A stretch of DNA of 64,000 nucleotides from Octopus bimaculoides (taxonomy: Eukaryota). The DNA is taken from the NCBI RefSeq assembly GCF_001194135.2, contig NC_068985.1:121817686-121881685 (forward strand), given 5' to 3'. Of this stretch, positions 13,271 through 27,390 are shown in pieces; position 1 is the first letter of the stretch, and each line of letters begins with the position of its first letter. The notes under the pieces are model-generated. The model made no database searches and was not told the DNA's origin. It saw nothing but the letters and a program-made list of their open reading frames with translations. A program made the translations under genes and the position numbers.

Positions 13271-15643
13271 CAGGAATTGTGAATAATTGATTGGAACCTT
13301 TCCAATCAATTATTTTCTTTGCAATCAATTAATTTTAATTGGGATACAGACCAATTAATTATTGCAATTAATTGGGATTAATTGTCAATTATTTTGCCGA
13401 ACGTAAAAACACCATATATTTTGGAGTGTTAGCTTCAATTTAGATAAGTGCCAAAATGATAGGAAAATAAAAGGCACATCTTATAGTTTCAAAAAACTTT
13501 ATCAGAATATATTTAAAGTTCAGTTTTACTGATTTAGAATTGGGAACACACATTTATACTCTACATTGTACAGAAGTTGAAAAACAAGTAAATTGAAAGT
13601 ATTTAATTGGAAGACTTTTGCAAACAAGTAGCATAATTAAAATATTCTAATATAGCAAAAGATCATGAACAATTGGAGATTTCTGAAACTAGTTCTTCAT
13701 CCCAGAAAGCGCGATTGACTTTTAGAAATAATTGTGTTTCTAAATTCATTGGTGTTAAGTATTGCCGAAAATCATTAACAGCATTACCTGCTGAGCTGAA
13801 GAAACATTTCAAGATGTTGGATGTTGGTAACAAAAATCTACGGTTCAGATATTGCTGAGGTGAAATTTTATCTTTGTGTTTTTTCAAACAAATTGAAGCA
13901 AAATCATCATTTTCTACAGGTAAATCAGATTGTTGTGACGTGTCTGTCACCACTTTCAGCTGATGTAGAGGAGCTACTTCATTCACAGTTAGCTCTATTT
14001 CTGCATGTTGTAAAATTTTCACAACTCCACTTTCAAAATTTGGGCTGTGCACAATGGTTGCCGATGGAAGCAAATATTCTTTAAACTCGTAAGGATACAA
14101 TGTGAGAATTTCGTCAAAAAGAATTCGAGCATCTCCCAAATCTATTTCTGTTCTTTGCAAGGCAACTTTTACTGAGGGTAACTTTATTAACTTGTCTTTT
14201 AGAGTCTGCTGATCATTATGATTGCATGGAGTCAACAGATAATCAACCAGCTTTGGATAGTCTTGAAAAGAGTCTAAAAACAGCTTGAGTTGGATGTACC
14301 TCTCACTCATGTCATAAGCACTGGACCAATGGGTTTTATTTCTTTGTATAGGTTGCAAAAGCGTTTTTTTCCCAAAGTTTACCCGCAAGTTTTAATGATT
14401 TTAGCTTACTCATCAACATATTAATTTTATCAAGCAGAACTTCCTGCTTGTCGAGATAAGCAGAAACAGCTAGATTGAATTTATGAGTGGCACATCCAAT
14501 CAATGTTATTCTACACAAATTCCTTATAGTTTTGTTCACTCCAGTATTATCTCCGGTAATAGCTACAACATTTTCTAAATTTTTTATAGACATTTAACAC
14601 ATACTCTATAAATTCGACATAACCAGAATCAATGGATGATACCAGCAAAAAAAATGCCAGCAAAACAGTACAATAGACATTTTGATAATTGTACAAATAA
14701 TATTCAAGAAGTCCAATGAAATGTGTCGAACCCTTAGTCCAACTGTCAATTACCAACAAAAATTTACTTGGAAGTTCATCAGATATTTTCTTTTCCACTT
14801 CTTGAGTAAGTTTCTCCATGTATTTCTTTAAGGTCATATTTGTTATACTTCCCAAGTTTGTGTACTTATGAGTCAGTAGGTCTTCAGTAAAGAAGCTGGT
14901 TTTAAACCAACACACCCACTCAATCCAACCATAAACATTTAAGGCCGAGCAACCGACCAAACTACTTCTTGGTGAAAGAAAACTTGATAAAGAGGGTTGT
15001 CCAGTTGCTTGTGTAGTAGAATACTCTGAATGCTGGTTTTTTTTTATATGATTCATAAGATTTGTCCATCCAGTTCCTTTTTTCTGGGTCAATTTTTTTC
15101 CACACTTGCATTTCCATACGTGTTCACTGTCTGTCTGTTTGGTTAAAATATTTTCGCATAATTTGCTTTGTTTTCATGCAGCATGGATTATCGCCACAGT
15201 TTAAAATAGAAGATATTTCACCACTCCACTGATGAAAGTCTGATTGAGTTAATATGTTGGAGTGGAATTCAAGACACAACTGAGTTGCAGGCAAAGTTAT
15301 GATTTAATGGTTTGAACACAGAATGTGTGAATCATTCTTGGCAATCAGAATCAAGAATCACTCAAAAGCGATTATTTGACAACATACACAATAGTCAATT
15401 CCTAAGCATGACAGAATGTATGAATCATTCTCAGCAGTCAGAAAAAGCGTCAACACAATAATAGAACGCTATATTTGCCAATTGAATGTCAAATGAAGTA
15501 TGAGCCATTTGAAAAACTTTCACTGACAATATTGCAATTAACTGCAATTAATTGATATGATAGCAATCAATTATTTAATTGGCAGTACAACTCCAATCAA
15601 TTAATTGGACCAATATATTGCAATTAATTTTTTACAACCCCTG
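13271..15643 (-). mobile_element. Full-length, inactivated hAT DNA transposon
   Basis: Imperfect TIRs caggaattgtgaataattgattg and revcomp caggggttgtaaaaaattaattg (18/23). 8-bp TSD gttgtgat (13263-13270) / gttatgat (15644-15651). Subterminal caattaattg-type repeats. Transposase lies inside. Confidence 0.9.
13663..15177 (-). pseudogene. hAT transposase pseudogene (BED finger, DDE core, C-terminal dimerisation domain)
   Basis: MKTKQIMRKYFNQTD/[4-bp duplication]/HVWKCKCGKKLTQKKGTGWTNLMNHIK (BED), LVIDSWT, ITGDNTGVNK..GCATHKFNL (CxxH), THWSSAYDM, PTSNILKCFFS..LFLKVNRAFW. At least three frameshifts. Confidence 0.9.
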
Positions 15644-16172
15644 GTTATGATGGTGACTCATTACAGAGGTGTTTGTTGGATATGATGCTTGGTAGTTCTT
15701 ATTAATATTTAGCTTTAAGTCAGAACAGCATATTAGTGAACTGTTAGAATGGCTAACACAATGCCTAATTGTATTTAGTTATGGCCCTTTACGTTCTGTG
15801 TTCAGATCCTGCTGAGGTCAATTTGGCTGTTTCATTTTTCAGGAGTTGATAAAATAAGCACCAGACAAGTTCCCCAAAAAATGATCAAAGATCCTTCCTG
15901 AGCCATAGGCTCATAAGGCCAATTTTCCTGATTCTGTGGCACATATATTCCCCATTTGACAGGACACCAGTCTGTCATCAGATTACTTATTTTTGCCAGC
16001 TGGGTGGCTTGAGCAACATGAAATCAAGTGTTTTGCTTCAGAACACAATGCATCACCCAGTCCAGGAATGGAAACCACAATCTTATGATCATGAGTGCAA
16101 CACTCTAACCACATACCACATGCCTCCACATACCTGACAAGTACTGGGGTCAATATAACTGATTGTTCTTAA

Positions 16173-16390
16173 GGCAGCGAGCTGGCAGAAACATTAGCAC
16201 AACAGGTGAAATGCTTAGCGGTATTGTGTCTGTCTTTACATTCTGAGTTCAAATTCTGCTGAGGTCAACTTTGCCTTTCGTCCTTTCAGGGTCGATAAAT
16301 TAAGTACCAGTTGCATACTGGGGTCAATCTAATTGAGTGACCCCCTCCCTTAAATTTTTGGGTGTTGTGCCTAAAGTAGAAAAGAATATA
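16173..16390 (+). mobile_element. SINE family B
   Basis: Homologous to 2600-2832. Confidence 0.8.
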
Positions 16391-16932
16391 ATTGATTGTT
16401 CTTTGCCACTGCCCCAATTTCTAATCATTTACGTATGTAAGAAATTATTATTTAATCTCATGTCAACCTGACACAGTAAACCTATGATTACAGGCATTCC
16501 AGTTGTGGCCATCCTATATTTTCTTCAGGTATAGTGTATCTTAATCTATGTTGTCCAGTATGCTGTTTCCTTAAGATAGCAGGATGTGGTTTGAGGGAGA
16601 TTTGGTTGCAAGTCGAACAACATCAAAGAGTCTCCTCTTTCCCTGTTGGTTAAGGCTCTCACTGCAATGCTCAATAGTTAATGAGTTGTGATGATGATGA
16701 TGATGGCAGTAGCAAAGATTATTGTTGCTGTTGTTGTTGTTTTAATTTATTCACCACATCAGCATTGACTGAGCAGACCTATGATTAAAGGTGTTCCAGT
16801 CATGATCATCTCATCCTGTTTTTGAATATAGTGTATTTAGGACATTTCCAATGTGTGTGAGTGTATGCTTGTCTGTGTGTTCTTTTCTTTTTTTAAAGCA
16901 CAGTGTATGTAAGACTACTTCATTCTGTCTTC

Positions 16933-16965
<33 letters not shown>

Positions 16966-17163
16966 GTATAATCTGTTAAGTGGTTGGCAACAAACAGAGA
17001 TAACCTAGAATAGAGATAAGTTTTTAGCCTTGTTAGGGACAAGGCAACTATTTTAGTGTTGGTGCCATGATAAAATACATTATATTAGCTCTGTAATAGA
17101 ATAGTTAGAACTCTCGTAGAAAGAGTATCCTATCACCAACACATGTCAGAAATAGAAAATATG

Positions 17164-17211
17164 AGTATTTTGCATGATTATGAGTTCATACTCATAATCA
17201 TGCAAAATACT
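17164..17211. repeat. Perfect 22-bp-arm hairpin (4-nt loop)
   Basis: agtattttgcatgattatgagt-tcat-actcataatcatgcaaaatact. Confidence 0.9.
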
Positions 17212-17639
17212 GGCACATCACAACTGAAATATTGTATTTGTTGATATATTAAAGCATAAAATACAAACAGTGTTTTTAACATTCCTCATTCTGTGTGTGT
17301 GTGTGTGTGTCTTGCTTCATGCTTCAGTCATTAGACTGTGAACATGTTGGGGGCACTGCCTTGAAGAATTTTAGTCAAACAAATAAACTCCAGTACTTAT
17401 ATATATATATATATATTTTTCAAGCCTGGTATTTATTCTCTTGGCCTTTTTTGCTGAACAGGTTGTCAAGTGGTGGTGTGGAACAAACAGACATAAAGAC
17501 ACGCACACACACATATATATGTATGTATGTGTGGTACCTTGCCATACTCAAGAAGGCCCGTACTCCACAACAGAAGTGTTATGATTGATCCTTTGGGTGG
17601 TATAAAATACTTGTGGAAGTGCCACGTAAAAGTGCCCAT

Positions 17640-17847
17640 GCAGTGCCATGTTAAAGCACCCATGTGGTGCCACATAAAAGCACATAGCACACTCTGTAAA
17701 GCGGTTGGCATTAGGAAGGACATCCAGCCGTAGAAACCATGTCAAATCAGACTGGAACCTGGTGCAGCTCCCCAGCTTGTCAGCTCTGGTCAAACCGTCC
17801 AACCCATTCCAGCATGGACAACGGACATTAAATGAGGATGATGATGA
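17640..17847 (+). mobile_element. RTE-type 3' tail fragment
   Basis: gttggcattaggaaggacatccagccgtagaaacc...cagcatgg...aaatgaggatgatgatgat, the same tail as 1-890. Similar pieces occur at ~19660-19830 and ~57620-57835. Confidence 0.75.
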
Positions 17848-17897
17848 TATATATATATATATTTATTTATATATATACATATATATGAGTATATGCA

Positions 17898-17957
<60 letters not shown>

Positions 17958-20900
17958 CACACACACACACAACAGGCTTTTTTCAGTTTCTGTCTACTAA
18001 ATCCACCAAAGGCTTTGGTTGACCTGAGGCTGTAGTAGAAGACACTTGCATCCAAGGTGCCACACAGTGAGATTGAACCGCATGTGTGTGTGTGTGTGTA
18101 CATTTATTCAGATATCAATAATTCTGCAATATTCTCCTCAAGCTATAATTCTTCCTGTACAATAATGTTGTCCAGATGTAAATAATCTATAAAGATTGTC
18201 TAAGTCTTGAATTTTGTTGTTTTCTATGCCTTAAGAGCATAATATTTAAAACAATGAGAATCGTTAACAACAGGAATTGTAGGGTTAAGAGGTGTCATCC
18301 TAGATACCCATGTAATTCAGAGAAGAATTTTTCAAGCATACTTTCTCCAAAATATGGAATGAGTTTGGGTAAAAATGTGCAATATCAGTTGACTACTACT
18401 TTTAATTGAAAAAAGGCAAAAAGTATTAAAAGATATATCAAACGTTACATTTCTGCATGTTATATTTGATGTTACATTAACAGATGTAAAGATTGTACTA
18501 AAAAAAAAATGGAAAAGAAAGCAACATCATTCTTCAGAATCAAAACTATGTTTTCATATCTAGAACATGGCAGCATGATCTAAATTATAAGATAAGAAAA
18601 TAAGCTCAATTCATAAAAGGATGGAGAAATAAAAGTACTTTTGCACCACCATCACCACTACCACAGCTTCTATTATTTATTTATCTCCCCCTCATCAAAT
18701 TACCTTTCTTTCAATTCTTTTATAACTGGAATGAGCTATGGCTTAAGAACATTATTTTTGTGTTTTGATGGCATCATTTCAACACCACAATGATTGTATA
18801 CAACAGATTTTTTAAAGAAAATCTTTGTATTGTATTCAAGTTACTACAGAGCCTGATAAGTAATGATAAAGATGATATCCTTTCATGGCTTCTTAGTCAG
18901 GGTCACTGGATGTTGTTTGTTTATCTCTAGGTCAAGTCAACCCTGATAGTACAGCAGATCTATGTTCAAAAATACTTCAGTAATACCATCCTATCTTTCT
19001 ACTGGTATATGGGACTTTATTACCCAATGTATCCACTCTTTCTTTAAGACATGGTGTGCTTTGAGAGAGACTTGGTTGTTATTCCTAGCTAGTGAGCAAC
19101 TTATATAGTACCTTGTGTTATCTCCTTGACTGTTCAGTCTGATGATAATGTAGCTAACATCTAATATTTTCCCTAATTGCAATATTTAATATTACTGAAT
19201 TTAGTTCTAATGTTGAAAACATTTGAAAGTAAATTTAATCTATCTTTCTTTTTCATTATCGACAAAATTAGGGTTTTTATCTTCTTGTCTTCAAACTTGG
19301 GTTGTCCGACAGGCTGTAACGCAGTACAAAAGTGTGTGTCTCCTACTATACCCCTGGTGTAATAGGAGATACAAATGTCTTTTATTATAACCCTTGGTTT
19401 ATAATAGAAGATATTTGCTCGTGCTGCCATGCAGTGTGACTGAACCTGAAATCAACTGATTGAGAAGTGAGTTAGTTAACCACGATGCAGGAATATTTTT
19501 TGCATATTTCATTTTTATCTAAAAAAATATTTAAAAAACAAAGTCAGCAGTAGGTGTCTATCAAAAATATAAGAAGAATTATTAAGTCTTGCAAGTTATC
19601 TGGTAACCTCATTAATGTTGGCGGCATGCACGCACGCACACACACACACACACACACACACAAGGACCTGTACACTTTGCAAAGTGATTAGCATTAGGAA
19701 GAGCGTCTTGTCATAGAAACAATGCCAACGATGACATCAGTGTTCAACACAGACTTGCAGCTCACTGCTTCCCTGTCAAACCATCAAACTCATACCAGCA
19801 TGGAAGCACATATTAAATGATGATGATGAATTAAGGCTTGATTAAGAAGCCTTTCTTATACAGGCACAAGGCCTGAAATTTTGAGGGAGGAATAGTTGAT
19901 TGTATCAAATTCCTCCCTCCATGCCCCAGTACTTGATTGGTACTTATTTTTATTGAACCTCAAAGGATGAAAAGCAAAGCTGACCTTGGCAGTTTTTGAA
20001 CACAAAATATAAGCTGGAATATATGCCACTAAACATTTTGCCTGGCTTGCTAACAATTGTGCCAAGTAGGCTTCATTAAAAATAACAATTGTTTGGAATA
20101 TTCTGTAGAGGTCTTAAGTTTCAGACTGAATGTCATTTGTGGTCATCAGCATTATAATTAACAACATGCAAATCTTTTTTTAAGGTATTGGTTAAAAATG
20201 CTTCCAAGGTTTCAGAAGATTCTCACTGACATTTTAAAAATATGTTTACAAATTATCAGTTGAATTCCAAGGTTACTATGTTTGAACACACCATGACTTT
20301 TGATTTATAAGGAGTTAGATGAGTTGGGAAGAGATTTATGAAATTTTTTTGTTGCTTAGATCATTATTTATAGTGTTCCAAGTTTATTTCATATGTTTAA
20401 TTCCTGTTTAAATTCTAAAAATTTTTCTTCAGTTACTTATTTTCGTGATTGTGTTAAATATTTTATTATAACATTTGAATGTAAAGAATGTCAAACAAGG
20501 ACTTTCTTAACGTTCACATCTTGAGTAGATTCAAATCTATTTATAGCAGATATAATAACTAACCATTCTCTCATCTATGTCTGTCAGTTAAAGTATTTCC
20601 AGCTACAGTTTATTCTTCTGCTGCAAGTTCACTGACACAAATGTCAAAGAATTTATCGTGTGCTTTGTTTCTGTGAAGTTAATTTAAGACATTATCAAAG
20701 TTATCCTGTAATATAAATTTAAGAAATGCATTTAGATTAGTTTTATGTGATGACGTTCTATGAAATTTTGATTGTCCAGAGTTTTGGATTTCTTTGCTCA
20801 ATGCAAACTTGTTGAACTGCCTTATATTTATCACTACTGTACTTGAATTTTCTTGAGTTGCTTTCATATAGCTCAGGATCAGCTGTGATCAAGCAGATTT

Positions 20901-21995
20901 ATGATCAAAAGCATTCCACCCATGAATATCTTGTCTTTTACTCAGACATGATATACTTAAGACTCAACATCCAATTTATACTTTTCATGTATTGTAGGAT
21001 GTAATTTGAGACGTATTTGGTTGTTATTTTTAGCAAAGGAAGTAAATTAGCAAAGCCATTAGCTCTTTGGGTAGAATGTCTTGCAATATTTTTTGGGGGT
21101 TTTCTGCATACTGTCCAAATCCAGTTCAAATCAATATTACTTTCTATTCTTTTAGGGTCAGTAAAAAAGTACCAATACTTGGTAATAAATTGGTGAAACT
21201 GTTAGAGCATCAGATTAGATGCCTCACAGTAGCTGTTCTAGCCATTTGTATTCTGATAGAAATACATACAATGTATTTGGCATTAGAAAGGGCATATAGC
21301 TATAGAAACCATGCCATAGAAAACCTATAGAGTCTTCTGGTTTGCAGTTCCTATCAAACTGTCCAACCCCTACCAACACGGAAAATGGACATTAAATGAT
21401 AACGATGTTGAGACACTAGTGTCAAGCTGTATCAGTCTTAATCCTTAAGCATTTGAACCATCTCTGGTTCAAATAGTCTAACTGTTTTATGTTCAAACTG
21501 TTCAGATCCAGCCTCTCACACCTACCCTACAATGTCATTCTAAAACTAAACAATCTCATCATCAAAGTTTTGAAGCTGCAAGATAATGGTTGATTAATTA
21601 AAAGCAATGTGAATAAATAAGCACTACATTTAGCAGAGTAATGTGACTGCTAAAGGGTTAAAGTGTCAGCCTTTTCTTTGGACATCATCAGTATCGTGGA
21701 GAAGAGAAACTCGTGTGCATGGCTAACAGCCAGTGTGCTACACAAAAACTTTGCCTAGGTTTCCATGTACAGGTGTAGATGCATAGTTAATCCTGATTAA
21801 CAGAGGCCTTAATTTTGATGATATAAAGCAGAGATTTCTAAATTGTGCCATGACACATTACTTGTGTCACTGGAATCAAATCAAATCTCATCAGTTTTTG
21901 TGAATATTTAATATCAGACAACTCTGAATGCACTTAGTAACATGACTGTTGATAAGTGGTATTGATATTTAATTGTTTTATTGTTGAAACACATA

Positions 21996-22863
21996 CGAGG
22001 TCTGATCAATAAGTATCCGGACTGTTGCCATAGTAATGAAGCTAAATCATGCAGAGTGAAGCTGCTAGGCAAAGATTGACCTTGAAATCTGCTGTGCATG
22101 CACACTAAATTTAACTGTCCAGCTCACTTCTGCTGTTTACAGTAGTGCTTGGAAGGAAGGTGTATAGTGTGTGATCGTCACATTGACCATGACAGAGAAA
22201 GTTGTCATGGCGATACCTGCTCAGAGGCCTGTGCTAAGTTGCAGAAAGTGTATGGAGAGGAGTGTATGAGCTGCACACAAGTGCATGAGTGGTTCAGATG
22301 TTTCCAAGATGGCTGAAAAAATGTCAGTACTGATGAACGTTCTGGGAGACCAGCAGAACTGAGAAAAACATTGCAGATATTCAAGAAGCTGTGAGAGGAA
22401 ATTGTCGAAATCACCATCTGTGAGTTATCAGAGGATGTGTAGATTAGTTACAGTTCAATTCAGTCCATTATCACTGAAGATTTGGGTATGAGACGTGTCT
22501 CTGCCAAGTTTGTGCCAAAACTACTTTCAGCTGACCAAAAAGACATTCGGGTTTCAGTTGCACAAGATCTCCTTGATTGTATCGAGAACAATGAAAACTT
22601 TTTGAAAACTTTGCATAAACCTCTGAGCAGGTATTTGATGCAGATTCTCTGCTCAGCTTTCTCTGTCATGGTCAATGTGACAATCACATGCTACACACCT
22701 TCCTTCCAAGCACTGCTGTAAACAGCGGAAGTGAGGTAGAATATTAAAACTTAGTGCACATGCACAGCAGATTTCAAGGTCAATCTGTGCCAAACAGCTT
22801 CACTCTTTGTGCTTCAGCTTTGTTACTATGACAACATTCTGGATACTTATTGATCAGACCATG
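21996..22863 (+). mobile_element. Non-autonomous mariner derivative built from two inverted 5' ends
   Basis: TA|cgaggtctgatcaataagtatccgg ... ctggatacttattgatcagaccatg|TA, with ~240-bp inverted arms. The interior encodes the mariner N-terminus (MTEK..CAKLQKVYGEECMSCTQVHEWFRCFQDG..GMRRVSAKFVPKLLSADQK). Confidence 0.88.
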
Positions 22864-25151
22864 TATGTTTAATTGTGGTAGATGCTGAACTGAATGTATC
22901 TTTATAGAACATTCCATCTAAAATTCAAGAATTTGTTCTCTTTACATCAAGCACATGTATCCCATTGAATTATTTATTTTAATGTACATTTTGGGCACAG
23001 GAATGGCTGTGTGGTTAAGTTTGCTTTGCAAACCATGTGGTTTAGAGTTTAGAGTTAATTTCTTTCACATGGCCCATGAGCATTGTTAGGTAGAAACTAT
23101 GGAAGCCTCTCTTGTGTGTGTTTTTGTGTGTGCATGGTGCATGTGTGTACGTATGTGCTTATGTCTTTCTGTTTGTGTCTTGATACTGTCAGTATGCTTT
23201 AGCATAAAGCAATGGCCTCATTTATGTGGAAGAACCATTGTTTACACCTGCTGTAAAAACATGTCTATGTTGCTGAGGGTTCATTATGTAAAAGACCTGG
23301 GGATGTGATTTGTACCTTACTTCAATACAAGTAAGGAATAGTAACAGAAAGGGCATCTGGCTATAGAAAATGAATATTGCCCCAATAAAACTTGTCCAAT
23401 CCATGCCAGCATGGAAAATGTAGATGTAAAAATGAGGATGATGACAATGATGATGATTTATATTGTATATTTGACTTCACTAACAATATTCTCAGTTATA
23501 TATGTTTGTTGGTGAGTTGGCAGAGATGTTAGGGAATTGGCTAGACTGCATTGTTGTATTTTTTCTGACTATCTGCACTCTGAGTTCAAATCCTACAAAA
23601 GTCAAATTTGCCTTTCATCCTTTCTGGGTCAATAATAATAAAAAAATTTAAAAAAATTAATAATCCATATTAGTGGATTAGCAGAACTGTTTGAGCAGCA
23701 GATAGGATGCCATGTAAGATCTGTTCCATTTCATTGTGTTCTAACAGTAACTTCTTCAAAGACACTGGTGCTAAATTCTTGTATTGGTTCTTGTCTTGTC
23801 TTTGTCTTTCTCTTGGACGATGTCAGTGGTGTGGAGAGGTTAGACTTGCATGTATAGGCAACTGCTGGTCTTTCATAAAATAGACTTTGCTCACTTAGTT
23901 AATCCTGACTGACTGAAGCCTTAGTTATGCTAGTTTTGTTACAATTTAAAAATAAAAACAAGGGGCAGAGGTGAACGGCAAAGTTTACTTTGGTGCAATC
24001 TGAACTCAGAATCTAAAGACTCAGAATGAACAAATAATACAATGCATTTTCTCCAATACTCTAATGATTTTCTCATCCACTATCCTATCCTCATTTGTCC
24101 TATTTTTTATGGATCAAACAGAGTTTATTTGAGACAGATTTTCTACAACCAGATGCCTTTCTTGTCATTTAACCTCACCTGTTTCCAAGCAAGGTAATAT
24201 TTCCTCATTGCCAGACATGTTCTTGCAGAATACTGGAAATGAATGACACTGCTTGTATGATAGTGACACCTATTTACAACTATCATGCAATGTCAAGACA
24301 AAGAGAGAGAGAGACAGACAGACAGACACACATACACAATGGGCTCCTTTCAATTTCTGTCTACCAAATCTACTCACAAGGCATTAGTCAGTCTGGGATT
24401 ATAGTAGAAGACACTTGTTTAAGGTAACATGCAGTGGGACTGAACCTGAGACCATGTTGTTGGGAAGGAAATTTCTTGCCATACAGTCACACCAGTGTCT
24501 TTGTATATAATAACTTTAGTATATTTTTGATGTGAAGAACATTCCGTAAACTATTCCAATAACAATCTTCTGCTAAATGTTAATTTCAGTCTCAAGGATT
24601 AAGAATTCCTATATTTGATCAATAATCAGTGATAAATCTGGTCTAACTCTGGAACTTATAATGCTTCTTTGCACAAAGCTGCACACACCACTTCCTTATT
24701 TAGAATCACTGCATAATCTAAATTCAGAACAGGAGTAATACTGTAACATACAGTGAGGAATTCTTGTATTTTGTGTGTTTCAGTTATCTCTATACAGTTT
24801 AATACAAATATATTTTGACTAATTTCATTTAACAAATTAATTTTATTTGCTAGTAGGTTTCCTTCACATTGTGTGATAGTCATAAACGAGTATCATTGCC
24901 ATACAAGCCTTGTCATTCATTTCCAACATATCTGGTGATGGGGGAAATATTATCTTGCCAGACATGGCATATAGGCTCAGGCATGGGCTGTGTGGTTCAG
25001 ACGTTTACTACGGAACCACTTGCCCAAAGTACTGTGCACTGGGTTCATTCTCCATTGCACAGGTCCTTGAGCAAGTGTCTTCCATTATAGCTCTGAGCAA
25101 CCAATGTCTTGTGAATGAATTTTAATTAATGGAAATCATTGGAAGCCCATC

Positions 25152-25199
<48 letters not shown>

Positions 25200-26349
25200 A
25201 TGTAGGACGAAGTGGTGGGGAAGGACCTACAGTCATTGGGACTCACAGTGGAGATGACAGGAGACTGAGACTCCTGGTGGTTTGCTGTGCTTGAAAAGAC
25301 ATGTCAAGCTAAGTAAAAGCATGGTTGTCCTTGCATACTGGCTCATTCCTTGCAATTCTCACCAGGTGAGTATCCCTAATCTAGCAGGCTCATAGGCGCT
25401 GGTGCCACATAAGAAGTGCCCTTGCCAGTGCTGCGTAAAGGCACCAAGTATACTCTGTAAAGTGGTTGGTATTAGGAAGGGCATCCAGTCATAGAAACCA
25501 TAGAAAATTCTCTCTCATGATAAAAAGTGTAAAAACACCATATCTGTTCATATGACAGGGAGTTGTTAATGAATTCACTATTTGTAGAATCAATGCAGCA
25601 CTATTTTTCATTCAAGTACAGGCTATAGCCATTTATATAGGTACACACACACATCCCAAACATGTACAGACATATACATTAGTGTAAACATGCACAAACA
25701 CACACACACGATTCTTTTTTGGAACAGTGGATTTTGAAGCACATAAAGCTCTAAATAATAGCATGTAAATGTTAGGTTGAAAACCCTTTTTGGATAGAGA
25801 AATGTTGAAGGCTGCTTGTGGGACATCAGCAATATATAGTTATCTATCTATCTGTTTATCCATCTATCCATCTACCTGGCTGTATGTCAATATATACATA
25901 TAAACATGACAGGCTTCATATAATTTCCATTCATCTGACTCATCCCCAAAACATTGGTTAGCCTTGGTTTACAGTAGAAGATATTTGCCCAAGATACCAC
26001 ACAGCGACATTGAAAACAAAACCACATAATTGTGATGTGTATTTCTTAACCACACAGCCATGTGTGCACCCATATTAATGGTTCTCTTCTAATTTTATGA
26101 TTTTTATGTGCCTAGATCTAATATAATAAATCAAACTTTAATTAATAACTAACTGGCTCATCTTAAGCTTTGGCACATTTGTTTTATCTCGTATGCATTT
26201 GAATATTAATAGCACAGTTGAAAATTTTTAGTAGGTATTTGGCTAGATATTGACTCTTGTATATGGTTATATATGTATATGTATACACACACACCATATA
26301 AAGAAGATAGTTTACATCTTGTCCACAGTATCTGTACATATTACACATT

Positions 26350-26570
26350 TGATTTGTTTATCTTCACAGGTACCAGTATCTGTATGGTAGGCATTTTGGT
26401 AATCAATCCATGCCTTATGTTTTTTTCTTCTCTGTTGTCTTCAGTAACTACAGAGTTTCCTAATAACTGCATTTTAAGTCCATACGTCCCCTTACAATAC
26501 CTTTTCTGCCCTATGATAAGATATTATCTTGTAGATGAATGATTCCCCAGCTTTAGCGTATTGAATGTCA
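26350..26570 (-). mobile_element. R4/Dong-like LINE RT relic
   Basis: Reverse strand gives G.YG.KMQLL.NSVVTED and AWIDYQNAYH (cf. EQKGC..GSYGCKxQLL..AWIDYKKAYD). Confidence 0.6.
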
Positions 26571-26814
26571 GTGTTTTATTTATATATATTGTTGGTAAGC
26601 AGGTTATCACTAGAGCAGTGATTGGACTGGCAGAATCTTTAGAACATTAGACAAAGGGCCTTACAGTATTAGTTCTGGGCCTTTATGTTCTAACTTTAAA
26701 TCCTGTTGAGGTCACCTCGCTTTTCTTTTTTTTTTTTTAGATCAATAAAATAAAGAACAAATCAATTACCAGAGTAGGGTGGTGATTCACAAAACTGTTA
26801 TAGCATCGAACAAA

Positions 26815-27390
26815 GTATCTTGCAGTATTTATCCCCACTTAAATGTGGATGTTCTGTTAGAAGAAACTATACTGTGGTAGATGATATGACAAAAACTCTC
26901 ATATTGGCTTTTGGTACAAAATGCACTCTTGCTTATATAGCTTGCAGGGAAATAAATCACTGCCATCTTCAGTATTGAGACCACCGAATCACATAATTTC
27001 AACCATCCTTTGTTTTGTCAATGATGAGCACTTATGCTCCAGAGATAGCAGCAACTCATCTCCGCACCAGCAATATATAGAATAACAGTACCAGAGCAGG
27101 TGTTGGTTTTGTGATTAGCCAGTCAGCATGTTAAAAAAATATATATTAGTGATAGAGACAGTAGTATTAATACTGAGAGGTAATATTTATCCCCACTTAA
27201 ACATGGATATTTTGTTAGAACAAATTATACTGCCATAGATACCATGAGAGGAACTCTCATATTGGCTTTTGGTGCCAAATGCACTCTTGTTTATATCGCT
27301 AGATGGGAGATAAATCCCTGCCACTTCCAGTGCCGAGCCCAGTTCACATGATTTCGACCTTCCTTGGTCTTGTCAATGATGGACACTTGA
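26815..27390. repeat. Two diverged direct copies of a ~220-bp repeat (26815-27040 and 27185-27390)
   Basis: Shared blocks tatttatccccacttaaa, actctcatattggcttttggt, aaatgcactcttg and ttgtcaatgatg. Confidence 0.8.
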
